NCBI GenBank assembly: GCA_023213395.1
Contig: CM041465.1
Span: 95,921,741 to 95,985,740, forward strand
Reading direction: 5' to 3'
Length of the DNA: 64,000 nucleotides
Source: Cycas panzhihuaensis
Taxonomy: Eukaryota; Plantae; Cycadophyta
The notes below the pieces were generated by a model that did not search any database, was not told where the DNA came from, and saw only the letters and a program-made list of their open reading frames with translations. Position numbers and translations under genes: made by a program. This document shows, one piece after another, positions 13,498-26,200 of the stretch; the stretch's first letter is position 1, and the number at the start of each line of letters is the position of its first letter.

Positions 13498-16199
13498 TAT
13501 GTATTTTATATAATTATTTTGAATTTCAAAAATGTTAGTGGATGGTAGGTTCCCTGCCAGCCTACCAACCATAAATACATAGCATTTTGTCGAAAGGTAT
13601 TTATCAATGATGTCATTATGTCAAAATTTTATCAACATGGATATCTAATATTATTCTTTATGTTATATTCTTTTGTAAATATAGATTAAGTCTTGTTCTT
13701 TTCTACTCCCTGTTTTCTTCATTTGGTATCAGAGCTTCTTGGGCTAGTTAGGTTTGGTTTTATTTAAGTTTAAAGCAAAGATTTATTAATTTAGAAGTAA
13801 AGATTTATCAAAAACAACTCACAACATGCATTATATTAAACTTCTATTCACTTTTATAAAGTTTATTAATAATCTTTTTAATTATTTTATTAAATATTTA
13901 ACTATTTTGATTCATATACTCAATATAATCTATATTTTCTCAATTTTTTGTAGAAATAGTTAGTGTAATTAGCCTAACATTTGTTTAAAGTCATTACATT
14001 GATATTTCATTTAATATTTTACAAGTTTTTAATAGTTTTCTCACTATTTTTTGGGGTTTTTCTGTAAATCTAGACTTCTATAGGCTGGTGCACTTTCTAC
14101 ATTGATCAAAACTATCTTGAGTGACCATACATTTGAAAGCTCTCTAGGTTAACTCCACACTGAATTTGACAGTTTTAAATTTCATCGCTCCTACTGTGAG
14201 ATAAAGGTCCCAAAAGTATACTCTCTTCCACTGTCTACTCAAACCCCTTAGGCCAGTTGAAAAATATTTTCGAACTCATTTTTTCTCAATTCTTTCATTC
14301 AAGATAGAGTTGCACCCCCTCTACTAGCACTCTAAACCTTCATTTACTATTTTTTAAGCCATTTTCTATCTATACATCCTCTATAGTACTATGTGCCCTC
14401 TATATCCCTCTCAAGCCAAAAATATCAAATTTTAAATCTTTCTTCATCTTATTTTCTCTGTCAGATCCTCTATAGGCATTGTACTAGCCTCTTCAATTGA
14501 TCTCAAAAGTTTTAGAAGGATTTAGATTATTTTTTAGAGAGTCATTCCTCTTAGTTGCTCATGTGACCTCCTTGACTTTGTTCAGTATGTTCTCTATCTG
14601 TGGTTATCCATTCTTTATGAAATTTTAGAGGAGCCTTAGAAGTAGGTAAATCTAGTAACCCCTCTATTTTCATATCAATCTATCACTCTAGTAAGCAAAC
14701 CAAACTCCTTGAAGTTCTTTGCACATGCATAATTGTGGAGAATTCAAAAATATTTTTTTTAATTATTAAATCCTTTTTTATTTATTAAAGTTTCATAAAT
14801 TTTAATTTAATTTAATCTAATTTCATAAATTTTGAGTTTTAGTTGCTTATCCCCCCAGTTGTGGTCTCATTAACCCTCATATGACTGTATTTTAGGACTT
14901 AAACTTTAAATTTTATAGGTTGTTTTTAATTAATTTGGATTTAAAAGATTTAGTTACTTTTTATAAAGTTTGGGGTCTGCTAGCCCCCTTTGTATACTAG
15001 CATATGGTTTTGTGTACACCTTAGGTGACTAAGGGCTCCATCAAAAGGGGCTTAATCCCCTCCCCCCAATTTATCTTTTTCACCATAAGAAGGTGTCTTC
15101 ACTATCTTGCTTATCACTTTTGATCCGAAAACTTGTTTTTCAAATGACTAGATTCATTGGAAAGTTGGTTTGCTAATCAATATACTAAAGTTAATTTTAT
15201 TATGATTTGAAGTTGTTTTGTAGGTGTTTGAGGCTACTAAATCTAGTCCTTCTGTTTGACCTAAGTTTTAGCCCCTTCTCACTATTTTGAGCTATTTTTC
15301 AATCCTATTTAAGTATATTTACATTATATTAAGATATTATTCTACCTTTAGCTAATTTTATTTAGCTTTTTAAAGCTTATGTATGATTTTTGGCAAAATA
15401 TTATGAAGTTATACCTCTTGAAGGGGAAGACAATAGTTGAATATTTTTGTATATATAAGAGCTTTCCAAACCCTATATCATTTTATTTTAAAGCTTCTAT
15501 TTCACTTTAATTCTTTTTTTTAGCTCATTTATTTTATTTTAAAGCTCAAATTTAGCTCATTTTTGCTTATTTAAAGGTCAACTTATCTAATTATTAAAGC
15601 ATATTTCAAAGTTGATTTAAGGCTATATAAAATCTCACATAAAGTGCATTTATTACATCTTAGAAGCTCATTTATACTTTAATTCATTTTTTAGCTTATT
15701 AATTTTATCTTGAAGCTCATAATAGGCTTTTTTGGCTCATTAAAGGTCACTTATGCTTCATTATCAAAGCATATTTCAAAGTTTAATTAAAGTTCCTTTA
15801 TTGCACTTAAAAGTTCACCTAGAGTGCATCTTAAAAGCTTATTTAAAAGACTCTTTTATTTCTTTACATTTCATAGCATTTTAGAGTTTATTTATATCAA
15901 CTTTAAAAGCTTATTGGTTCATATTTTTTCCATTCAAAAAGGTTTATTTATCTTGCATTTATTTCATTTAAAGAGGTTCATTTTATTTCATTTTTTAAAG
16001 TTGCTTTTATATGTTAAGAAGGAACCTTATTTGTTTCATATTTATTTCATTTAAGAAAAGGTTTATTTCATTTAATTTTTAAAGTTATTTTTATTTGATG
16101 TTAAAATGGAATCTTATTTGTTAATAAGACCACATATAAATTTTATTTTCATACATAAACGTGTATTTTCTTTAGATTGTGTATTAAAGTTTTTTCATA

Positions 16200-16895
16200 A
16201 TGACAATAAATCTTAATGACATAATAATACCCATGTTTGATGGAACTAATTTTTCACTTTGGAGTAAATTGATGAAATTATTTTTTATTGCTAAAAACTT
16301 TAAAAATTTATAAAATATGGTTACAATGACTTAGGTGACAATACTAGCTTGGAAGTGGAACAAACCTTTAAAGAAAATGTGAAGAAAGACAATGAAGCAT
16401 TAGTGTTAATATTTTGTGCATTAGATGGCAACATATTCTATAACATAAGTGAAATAACTACATCAAAGAATGCATGGAACACTTTAGAATTTATTCATAG
16501 GGGAGCCATAACTATTGAAAAAGATAATACCTTTATCACAACTGAATCAAGGGAAACTAGATATGTTGACGATATGTTACATGAAGACCTATTACTAGTG
16601 GGACAGATGTTGGAATATGGCAATAATATTGTGTATACCATTCACCTAAATGACTTCAACAAAGTAGATGATAACTATAAGGCAAAAAGTGAGAAAGGTA
16701 AATGTCACCCAATGAATATACTTGACATCACTCTTAAAGAGGCTTATATTATAAAGGAACTAGTATAGGATGGTAACATAGAATTAGTCTAACATAAAGT
16801 AAAGGAACAAGTAACAACTATCCTCCCTAAAGTCTTTCTAATGTTTAAATTCCATAAATTCAAAGAGAAGCTTGGCATTATAAATAATAAACATT
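16200..16895 (+). pseudogene. copia gag N-terminal half fused via a linker to the C-terminal tail of RNase H
   Basis: MTINLNDIIIPMFDGTNFSLWSKLMK (frameshift) ..KKDNEALVLIFCALD..ISEITTSKNAWNTLE. Ends with KEQVTTILPKVFLMFKFHKFKEKLGI immediately before the PPT. Confidence 0.8.
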
Positions 16896-16906
16896 ACGGG
16901 GGAGAA

Positions 16907-17227
16907 TGTTAGCAATAATATTTATTATTTTATTAAATATATATATATATATAAGTTGCCTTGGGATTTCATAAGCCATCAATAGCTTCCATTATCCTCC
17001 AATAGTCATTAAGTATATATTTTATATTATTATTTTAAATTTCAAAAGTGTTGGTAGATGGTAGGTTCCCTTCTAATCTCCTAGCCATAAATAAGTGGCA
17101 TTTTTCCCAAAGGTATTTATCAACACCACTATTATATCAAAATTTTATCAATATAGATACCTAATATTGTTCTTTATATTACATTCTTTTATAGATATAT
17201 ATTAAGTCTTATTCTGCTTTGCTCCCA
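16907..17227 (+). repeat. 3' LTR of the copia derivative at 6948-17227
   Basis: tgttagcaataat start; colinear with 6948-7053 plus 13503-13710. Confidence 0.85.
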
Positions 17228-19200
17228 ATAATGGTTCCAAGTCCTTAGAGTTAGATGATGATTTCTTAGTTATTTGAGTTACCTCATAAATAGTTGAAGA
17301 TTTAATTTATTAACTTTATTATTTCTTTTTTACAAATTAGATACTTTAGGCTATCAAGGCAGTCACCAACTTCATATCTTTTAATTTTGTATAAATTACT
17401 TTTAACATTAGAAATAATAAATTTTATTTAATAACCTAACAATATTATTTAATAGATATCTCTTTATATTCCTTTTGAAAATAAGCTTTCTATTATTTAG
17501 GTTCTAATTAGCTTAAGATTAGCTTCATTATAGGCCAACTAGTTAATACCACTTGAATTAACTTCTATTCATTTTTGTCTTAGCCTCCTTGTGCTCCTTA
17601 TTAAGCAATCTACTTTGTAGCATCCTATGTTATTAAATCACTATCAAGAATTACTATTATATGACATATTAATTTACCCATTCCTTTGATTTCCTATGGA
17701 ATTAATGGATAATTAATATCCTCTTTACCTCTTAATACATAAATAATTATTCTACATTAATTAAATGTATAATTCATAGCAATATGCCTAATATTTTTAT
17801 GCTTTTGGCATTTATTATTGTTATGTGAATCTTAATTATTCATCATTCTATAAATATTTATAGAATTATTCAATTGAATAACTAATAGAGCCTTCAAATT
17901 AAATCAATAATTGTAAGTAGTATCTACCTTTAAATTAATAGTATAATATTTTTCTTAGTTGGTTGACCTGCACCTTTTCCTTTTGTATTATGGGAAGATA
18001 TTTCATAGTATGTCCAAATATCTCATAAATTATAAATTTTAGCCCCTTATGTTTCTCTATGGTGATAATACTTATCAATTTAATTTCCTCCTAAAGTTGA
18101 TATTATTTAATAATATGTATTTGTAATATGATATAAAGCTAATGAACTTATTAATGATGTAAATTTACTATTAGTAAGAGAATGCAATTTTTGCAATGGA
18201 TACTCCTCTTGATAATGATTATAGGTATTAAATCTACATTTTATAAAGTGTATACAAGTTGCTACATCATATTAACTAAATTTCCCATAAGTCTATTAAC
18301 ATCAAATTCTCCTACTAATTCTATAGCAATATTGACTTCTCTATCATAATTTATTAAATTATTTTATCAAATTTTAATTTAAATAGATGGTAGAATATTA
18401 TTAATGAAATAATAAATTTGTCAATTTACAACCATCTTATAAGTATTGTAAATAAATACTTATTAACATCATAAAATAAAAGTGTAGATATTTTCCCTTA
18501 AATGATTGTAAAGGTGCTATAACCCTTGAGGGCTAATTGTCTTAACTTCTAATGCCTAACCATCTTCAAATACTCATTTTCATAACATGACCAATTTATA
18601 ATAATAATATTATTAATAATTTATAGTGGTAATAATTTCTTTCTACTTTATTTTATTATCATTCATATCTATATAATTCCATATGAATTCATATATAAAC
18701 ATATCCTATGTTCCATCTAAAGAGCCACTATATTTTGGAAAAAACTTTTTATAAAGATAGGTGATATTAGTAGTTTAAGTACCTTTTGGTTTTATTTTTA
18801 TTATTTTCTCTCAGGGCCAAGATGATCTATGATCAATGGAGAGATACATTCAAAATTGAGAACCTTTACATTATCATTAGTTTTATACATCAACTTTCAT
18901 CAAAATTATCTCTCACCTTTATTTGGTAGAGGATATTCAATTATAATTTATAGTAAACTCTTCAAAATCCTTTAGTTTTCATTATTTCCCCTCTACAATT
19001 CTTCATATGATGCAACTAATTATTGATATTAAATAGTTATTAATCCCATCAAAGCTTACATTCCATCACGATCTCTTTCTTTAAAATTAAATCTCAGTTT
19101 CCCCATCCTTTTCATTACCTTATCTCTCTATGATCTCCTCAACTTAGCCTTCTATTTCTCTAATATTTTTAATATATAAAATCTAATGTATTTTACCTCT
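17228..19200 (-). pseudogene. extremely decayed gypsy gag
   Basis: Residual motifs FPKYSGSLDG, QIYYFINNILPSI..NLINYDREVNIAIEL and eroded zinc knuckle KCQKHKNIRHIAMNY. Colinear with the protease at 6797-6947 once the insertions are removed. Confidence 0.5.
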
Positions 19201-19579
19201 TTAGTTTGGGGAAATATCAATTTAATAGTAATATAATTTAAAAGATCCCTAAGAGTTCATATGGAAACTATTTAAATTCTTATCTAGAAATTAAATTAAT
19301 TTGAAATAGAACTAAATGTTATATGTTATTTGGTTTATTTATTACTACTTCTTACATAAATGAAATCATAACCATATAGTTCCATTCTAATACTTCTTGT
19401 ATAAATATTCATCAAATAAATATAACCATATATAAGAATTCATTATGAAACTATTTGCTTCATTTTTATCCATATCATCTCCAATACCTACCTCTTTTAT
19501 TGATAATACTTGAAGTGGAGAATACTTATAGAAATAAGATCTACTACATACCACCTATAGAAATATAGATATATATTCA

Positions 19580-19581
<2 letters not shown>

Positions 19582-19617
<36 letters not shown>

Positions 19618-19710
19618 ATATCTATGTATGTATGTGTGTGTGTATATATGTGTGTGTATGTGTGTGTGTGTGTGTGTGTGTTTGTGTGTGTGTATATATG
19701 TGTATGTGTA
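19582..19710. repeat. compound microsatellite (TC)n / (TG,TA)n
   Basis: Directly visible. Confidence 0.97.
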
Positions 19711-19984
19711 GAAAATCCTTATATTTATATAGAAAATTAGTATTAAGACAAAAATAGGAACTTGGAACTATCATGTGCTACATGAATATAATATAAAGAA
19801 ACCAATAACCAATTGAAGATGTTATTATTTAGTATGGTCTATGAGAAGCACACATGGAAAGATGTAGGTTTATGTATCCATGAAATGATAAACCCCCCTA
19901 TAAATTGCTATTTCAATATTTTGCCTAAACATTAGGAATTTCTTACATTAGTTGATCTATTACCATTCTCCTATTGATGTTATT

Positions 19985-22900
19985 TGTTTCACCATGACCA
20001 ACCCCTTTTGGTGTGGATAAGTTCTTGTATTGATTTGTTTACCTAAGCTGCTTAATAGTTAAGGTTTGCACCCATTCAATTAACATCATTTGTTTGATAT
20101 TTTTAGTTATCAATTCTACTTTGGCCTAGTTGTTTAATAGAGAATGCTTGAATAGGACATATCAAACATTTATCATTTTGTTCTAGTTAAGAGATTTAAA
20201 GAATTGTCAATTATATGATTATTATTTATGTGTGATTGTGGTGACCATTATTAGTCAATGATTGATCCCATGATGTATTTTCATGATCTTGTCCAACATG
20301 GTTTCAAAAGCTAGTCCAAGTCTTATCTATTTGCTCTTTTTAATAAATATTATGAAGCTTACATGTAATTTTATCTTATTTTCACTACTATTTTATGGAT
20401 TTCCTTCTTCATCTGGCTCTCATTCAAGTCATTACTACTTTTAAAAGACCTGATAAACTTATTCTATTAATTTCTATTTTACTTTTTTTTAATCTTTTTC
20501 AGCCTTTCTAGATTGTCATATTTTTGGTGTTTCTTGAAATATGACAGTACAAATAAAATATGACAAACTCTCATGTTTTACATTGTATTTGTACTATCAT
20601 ATTTTTAGTTAGCTATCATATTTTTAGTTGTCATACCCATAAAATTAGAAAGATAATATAGAAATCTCACTAATATTGATCTAATTCTAGCCTAGATTTA
20701 TAGGTTGGGGATACCCCACTTACCTTGGAATATTTTCGCTAATTATACCTTCCACATGCAAGGTTTTGTTGAGAAAAAATAGCAAAACCATATGTAGAAA
20801 CCATGGTTTTAGCCTTGATCCTCCCTTACTTTTTTTATAAATACCTATTCATTTTTTTAACATGGGGGAAGTCTTTTATATAACAAAGTGCTACCAAATT
20901 TTTTCTAGCACCTCTTTTTAGTGGTTTGCCTTTAATTTGAGTGGATTTGGAGACTTCTTTTGGTAATTTATGAAGATTGTTAGAAAAAATAGGAGTCCAT
21001 ATTTGGCTCAATTACTTCTTTATTCTCAAATTCACCTCTTCACACACCTACTAGATCCTCTTTTCTTAATGTTCCACTAGTTTCTGGTATAATTTTCTCT
21101 TCTTTTTGTTGCTATCAAGTTTCTTACTTTTAAGGTACTTAGAGAATTTTCATAATATATTGAATAAAGATATGGTATTTCTCTAAGGCTCACTACATCT
21201 ATTCTTAATCAAGTTTGAAGTGTATGTTTGTTGTTGGGTGCTTATTCTATTAGCTAGAGTAATTTCTTTTATTTAGCAAAAAGAAGATTAAAAAGGAAAT
21301 AAAGAAGATTTTATTACAATTTGTTATTATTTCCTTCAAAAGTTTAGATTTTTATTGAGAGAAATGATTTAGGGATGAAACCAATTCTAATATCCATATC
21401 ATTCCTCACCATTTCAATATAGAAAAGGGATCAATTTATGAGATTGAACTAGTTTGAATCCACATATTGATTATCACAATATTAAATAACTTATTTTCTT
21501 TATTAGTCCTATTCATAATCTATTTAGAGATTAGCACTGAAAAGGTTTATTATATTACACCAATTCTCTATAAAAAGATAAATGGTAAAATGGGTGTTTC
21601 AATGGAGTGGACACACTCTCTTCCATAGAGTTTTAGATTACTCTTAGTCATCATTTACTATCAAAATTTTCTAAGTGCAATAAAAATGTTACCAAAATTT
21701 TTACACACCTTTCTAAATTATACTCAAGATTTTTAATTCAATGATTTAGATATTCAATGATATAGCTCATTTGGTTGGTTGGCTTTGTTTTGAAATGGTT
21801 GTGACTAAAGGAATAAGAAACTATTACTTGGTAGAATTACTAAAAGGTACAAACTTCGTCCTTATTCTCTATAACTATTTTATTATCTTTAAAACCACAT
21901 AAATAAAAAAGAAGAAAATATATGAATCCTTACTTATCTTATTGGTTGAAGTGATTGCTTGCATCATTGGTTAAAGTGTTATCATTATTTATATGAAAGA
22001 AAGGAAAGGATAGTGAGTGACTTTAATATTTAGGTTAAGGTTGTAATTATATTTTTTAATTACTTATTATATTTCTTCATATTCTAGTTAGTAAATCATA
22101 AAAAGATTTTAAATAAAGTGAATGAACCATAACTTGGATAAATATAAGTACAACAAAAGAACTTAGAGTCCATTTTTCTTGTGTGTTATGCTAATTTCCA
22201 TGATTTATTTAAAAAAAAAAACATCTATGCATGGTTTGATTGGCATGTTATATGAATAAGTGTTATATGCATTCAATCTAAAGCTACATACTAGATTTGC
22301 ACTTGGGTTTGGATTTCTCTTACTTGATCCCCCTAGGTTAGGTCCCATCCCTCTACTTAGGACTTTCTTGATCACTTAGGATTTTACATTCTTAGTTACA
22401 AGCTTACCTTTTCTTATGGATAAATACTTCTCATTAGTAGTGGTATTTTAATCAACTAGTCTTGACATCCCCAATGTATAAATTACCTCTTACTTGGGAT
22501 TATTTCTTTCTTTCCATGTTTTAAATACTAAAGGTGGTGGCCTTACATTATCTTTTAAAAGAAACTTTCTCTTTTCTACTTTCACCTCTAAGTGTGAGAA
22601 CCTTTTAAAATCAAATGCAGGAATCTCCAAGTCAATTATCCTTATGGATAGATCATCATTGGGTGATGGAGTCCCTAGTGATTTACCCCTAATAGGGTTA
22701 TTAATCTATGTTTTGAGCTCTCCTAGTTCCTCACACTCATTAGTACTCTTGATATCTAGTTAATACAACATTAATTACTCCCCTTTGGTAGTTATAAAGG
22801 TCTAGGATAGAATTTTATCCATAGGAAGACTTTAGGATAGAAAAAGAGGAAACTTAGGATGTTTGCTTTGGGGTAAGGACCCCCAATAATCTTTCCACCT

Positions 22901-23182
22901 ATTGAAATGTTGTTTGTAATCTCCTTAGAGTTAAGACTTTTGATTTACTTGTTTGATTACTCTGAGTGTTATTATTTGTTGGATTTTGTTTGATTACATT
23001 ATATATATATAAACTAGCTTTATTAGTAAATTAGCTCAATTTAAACATCCTCACTTAGTACATAAGTAATGAAATATTCTTATTCTTTAAAGGGGTTGGT
23101 TAAAGGTACACCTTATGACATATCACCTTTGCTCCCTCTTACTTAGGACCTACTCAGTGATTTTCCCCAAGAAATATAACCA
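19985..23182 (+). repeat. 5' LTR of the Tat element
   Basis: tgtttcaccatg...aacca; colinear with 35782-39017. Confidence 0.93.
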
Positions 23183-23269
23183 TTTTAATCACCACATTAG
23201 GGGGTTGCTAAAGCTTCCTAATTGTATATTTTAGACTTACATCCTTGATAATTACTTGAGCCTCTTCAT

Positions 23270-26200
23270 AAGATATTCTTACTTAACTAGTTTTATACAT
23301 ATGCCCTCACTTCCTTATTTGGATAAGACACTTCATTCTCATTTAGGGTTCTTATCCTCTCCTTTAACTTTCATTACCAGCTTTGTATTCCCACTCTTGT
23401 GGAGATTCTTTCACATCCTACTTATCCTAAGATATCAAGGAGGCAATAAGGCCTCCCTCCTTAAGACTTTCAGTATGAACATTACGAAGACTATGAATTC
23501 TAAGAAGGTTATGTGTCTTATAAAGGATATCCTAGTTATGAAGGTTATGAGACACATGTTCATCCTCCCAAAGGTTTTATTTATTTATATAAAGTCCCTA
23601 TAGAGTAGGATTATTCTAAATACCCCAAGCCATACCTTGAGGATCCTTTATTGGTAACATCTACTTCCATTTATAAAGAGGCATATCTAGATTATGGTTC
23701 ACATCTATTTTCACAACTCTTGCTCACTAGCATTCACTTCCTTATTCATATTCTATAGTATCAGGATCCCTTTAACTAGGATACTTATAATATATCATTA
23801 CTTACTCATCCACCCCATGATCAACATTAGGAACAAGGTAAGCCACCACTTTAAGAGTATTAGCCACCACTTGTTGATCATCCTCATCCATCCAATCATC
23901 CTCTCTCACCTCATTCTTCTCATCCCCCTATCCCAAAAGCACCTCTTGTTCCTCCTAATGAGATAGGAAATATCGAGTTAGTTTACTCTCAATCCCAAGC
24001 ATAAATTAATGACATGCAAGGAGGAGCCTAGGCTCCTCCTATATCCCTTATTTTATTTGATGTCCTATTTAAGAGTTCTAATCAAGACCAGTAACTCACT
24101 TTGAGGTATGTATACTAGCCTTCCATATCATATCAATTCCTATATTCTAGACCTAATGGAGGTCTATCTCTTGTACATCATTATAGGTTTCCCCATACTA
24201 CCTCATATGGTCCACCCATAGGCTTTATCCCTTCTCATGGAAATTCCCACCTTGGTTAAGGGAATCCTTTTGCTCCACCTCATTAGACTACAATCTATAA
24301 TATAAGACCTTCACCTTTTGAGTATTATAAAGGACCTATGCCATCCACTCCTCTATCCCCCATGCATTACACCCATATTAGACACTGAGGCTCATTTGTT
24401 GCCCCTCATACTCATGTTCCTCTACCAAATATCATATCCTTGAATAGTAGATACCTTGATCAACCAAAGGACCTATGTCATCTTATGGTTCTAAACCCTC
24501 TTACACTTAATAGTCGTATCCAAACATATGATTCTCCTTCTATAGTACATTCTTTTATCTCAATGATATCTTATTCCCTAAATAGGAATATGCCTTAACC
24601 CTATTATATGGTTCACTCCTTCTAATCCTCCACATTTGAGCAACCCTCGCATGGCCTCTCCATTGCTTATTAATAACTTCCTCCTTAACCCTTATTTACA
24701 TTAAGGCCCAAGACACCATTTGTAGATTACATAAGGACCCTATTTCTATAAGAAGTCCTCCTTTCATTGATGTATTCTTTTGTCCCTAAGTTACTAAAAT
24801 TCTTAGGAGAACCCTTACAAAATCTTGTTGGACATATGCAAGACATTGCACTTGCATGTGTTGACTTCCTTTCATATGATTATATCATGATGAGTTTGTT
24901 TCCAAAGTTGCTTTAAGGTGACACTTTGAAGTGATTTTATTGCCTTTAGTTGACTTCTATTATAACATTCCAATAGTTAGTTGATACTTTTATCAACTAC
25001 TTTGATGTTTCTAAGCCATTTTAAATAGGCATCACGTCTCTTCTATTTATGAAAAAATCAATGATGAATCATCTTATGACTTCATAAGATGATTCTAAGA
25101 CCTAGTCTATGCTTGTCATTCTTACCTCGATTCAAGCCTCCTCTTTGATATCTTTACTGGTAATTTGAGACCTCATATTCACTTAGAGATTCTCAAACTT
25201 GGCCCCAAAACCTATGAGGAAGTCATTGATAAATGCCTACCTCTTAGAGCCTTCAAGATTCAAGTAGGAATTAAGAATATTGGTAAGCCTAATCTAACAA
25301 AGGACTCCTCTTAAGGGTCCAAACCTACTCAAGGTGATTATACATATGATCATATTACATCTTTTATTAGAGCCCTTAAGCATACCATCAACACTAAGCT
25401 ATGTGTTAAAATTTTTCTTGCTCCTAATATAAAATAAGAAACTAAATTTATTCATTATATTGAAGGAAGAAATGATAATACCCTCCTGCTCCCCCATTAA
25501 AGAGGGCTCCTTAGTGTTCTTGGTACCAAACTAATACCCATGATTATGATAAGTGCCATGTGGTTCAAGTAATGGGTCAAAAAACTCAAAGTAATAATAA
25601 TCTTACTTCCAAACCTAATCAAGATCAATTAATTCATAAGGACCCCTTACCTAACCACAATTAAGAGCACACTAAGGATAAAAGTAAAGCAAAGGCTAAA
25701 TATGATGACATTAGTGATAATAAGAGACCAAGTTCTAAATCTAGTAAAGAATATACCACTTTACCCAAGGGTGGTGGCAAATAGACTAATAATCAAAATC
25801 AACCGCCCCTCAAAAGTGGCAAGACTAAGAGAATAATTAACATGGTAAAGGTAACAAGGAATCTAGTTTTATCTAAATCTCATAAAGATTTATAAACTAA
25901 AACTCCAGAATCCCTACCTCTCATGCCACATAGACCTATTCATTTTAGATCCACCCACTCCTCTATGAAATATTGATCCTTCTCTTTGGTTGATGAATTA
26001 AGTCCATCCTTACTAGGATTTTAGTAATGGACTTGTTAAGGAGTTGTATAGAGTAATGTTAACTCTTGCTTGATGTCTTAAGGGTCCATGCTCCTAGTTC
26101 CCTAATAAGTTTTTCCCTCTCCTTTGATCCCTCTATCTTGCTTAATGAGAAGAAGAGGAACACTAATAATATCCCTAATTTCTACATTAAAATCTATAAA

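Larger units (their letters stand above)
6948..17227 (+). mobile_element. non-autonomous Ty1/copia derivative (TR-GAG-like): LTR, PBS, long non-coding region, partial gag, RNase H tail, PPT, LTR
   Basis: 5' LTR is 6948-7053 plus 13503-13721, split by the chromovirus. PBS TGGTATCAGAGC at 13724-13735. PPT gggggagaa at 16898-16906. 3' LTR 16907-~17227 (about 80% identical by eye, 3' tip eroded, TSD not seen). Confidence 0.85.
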
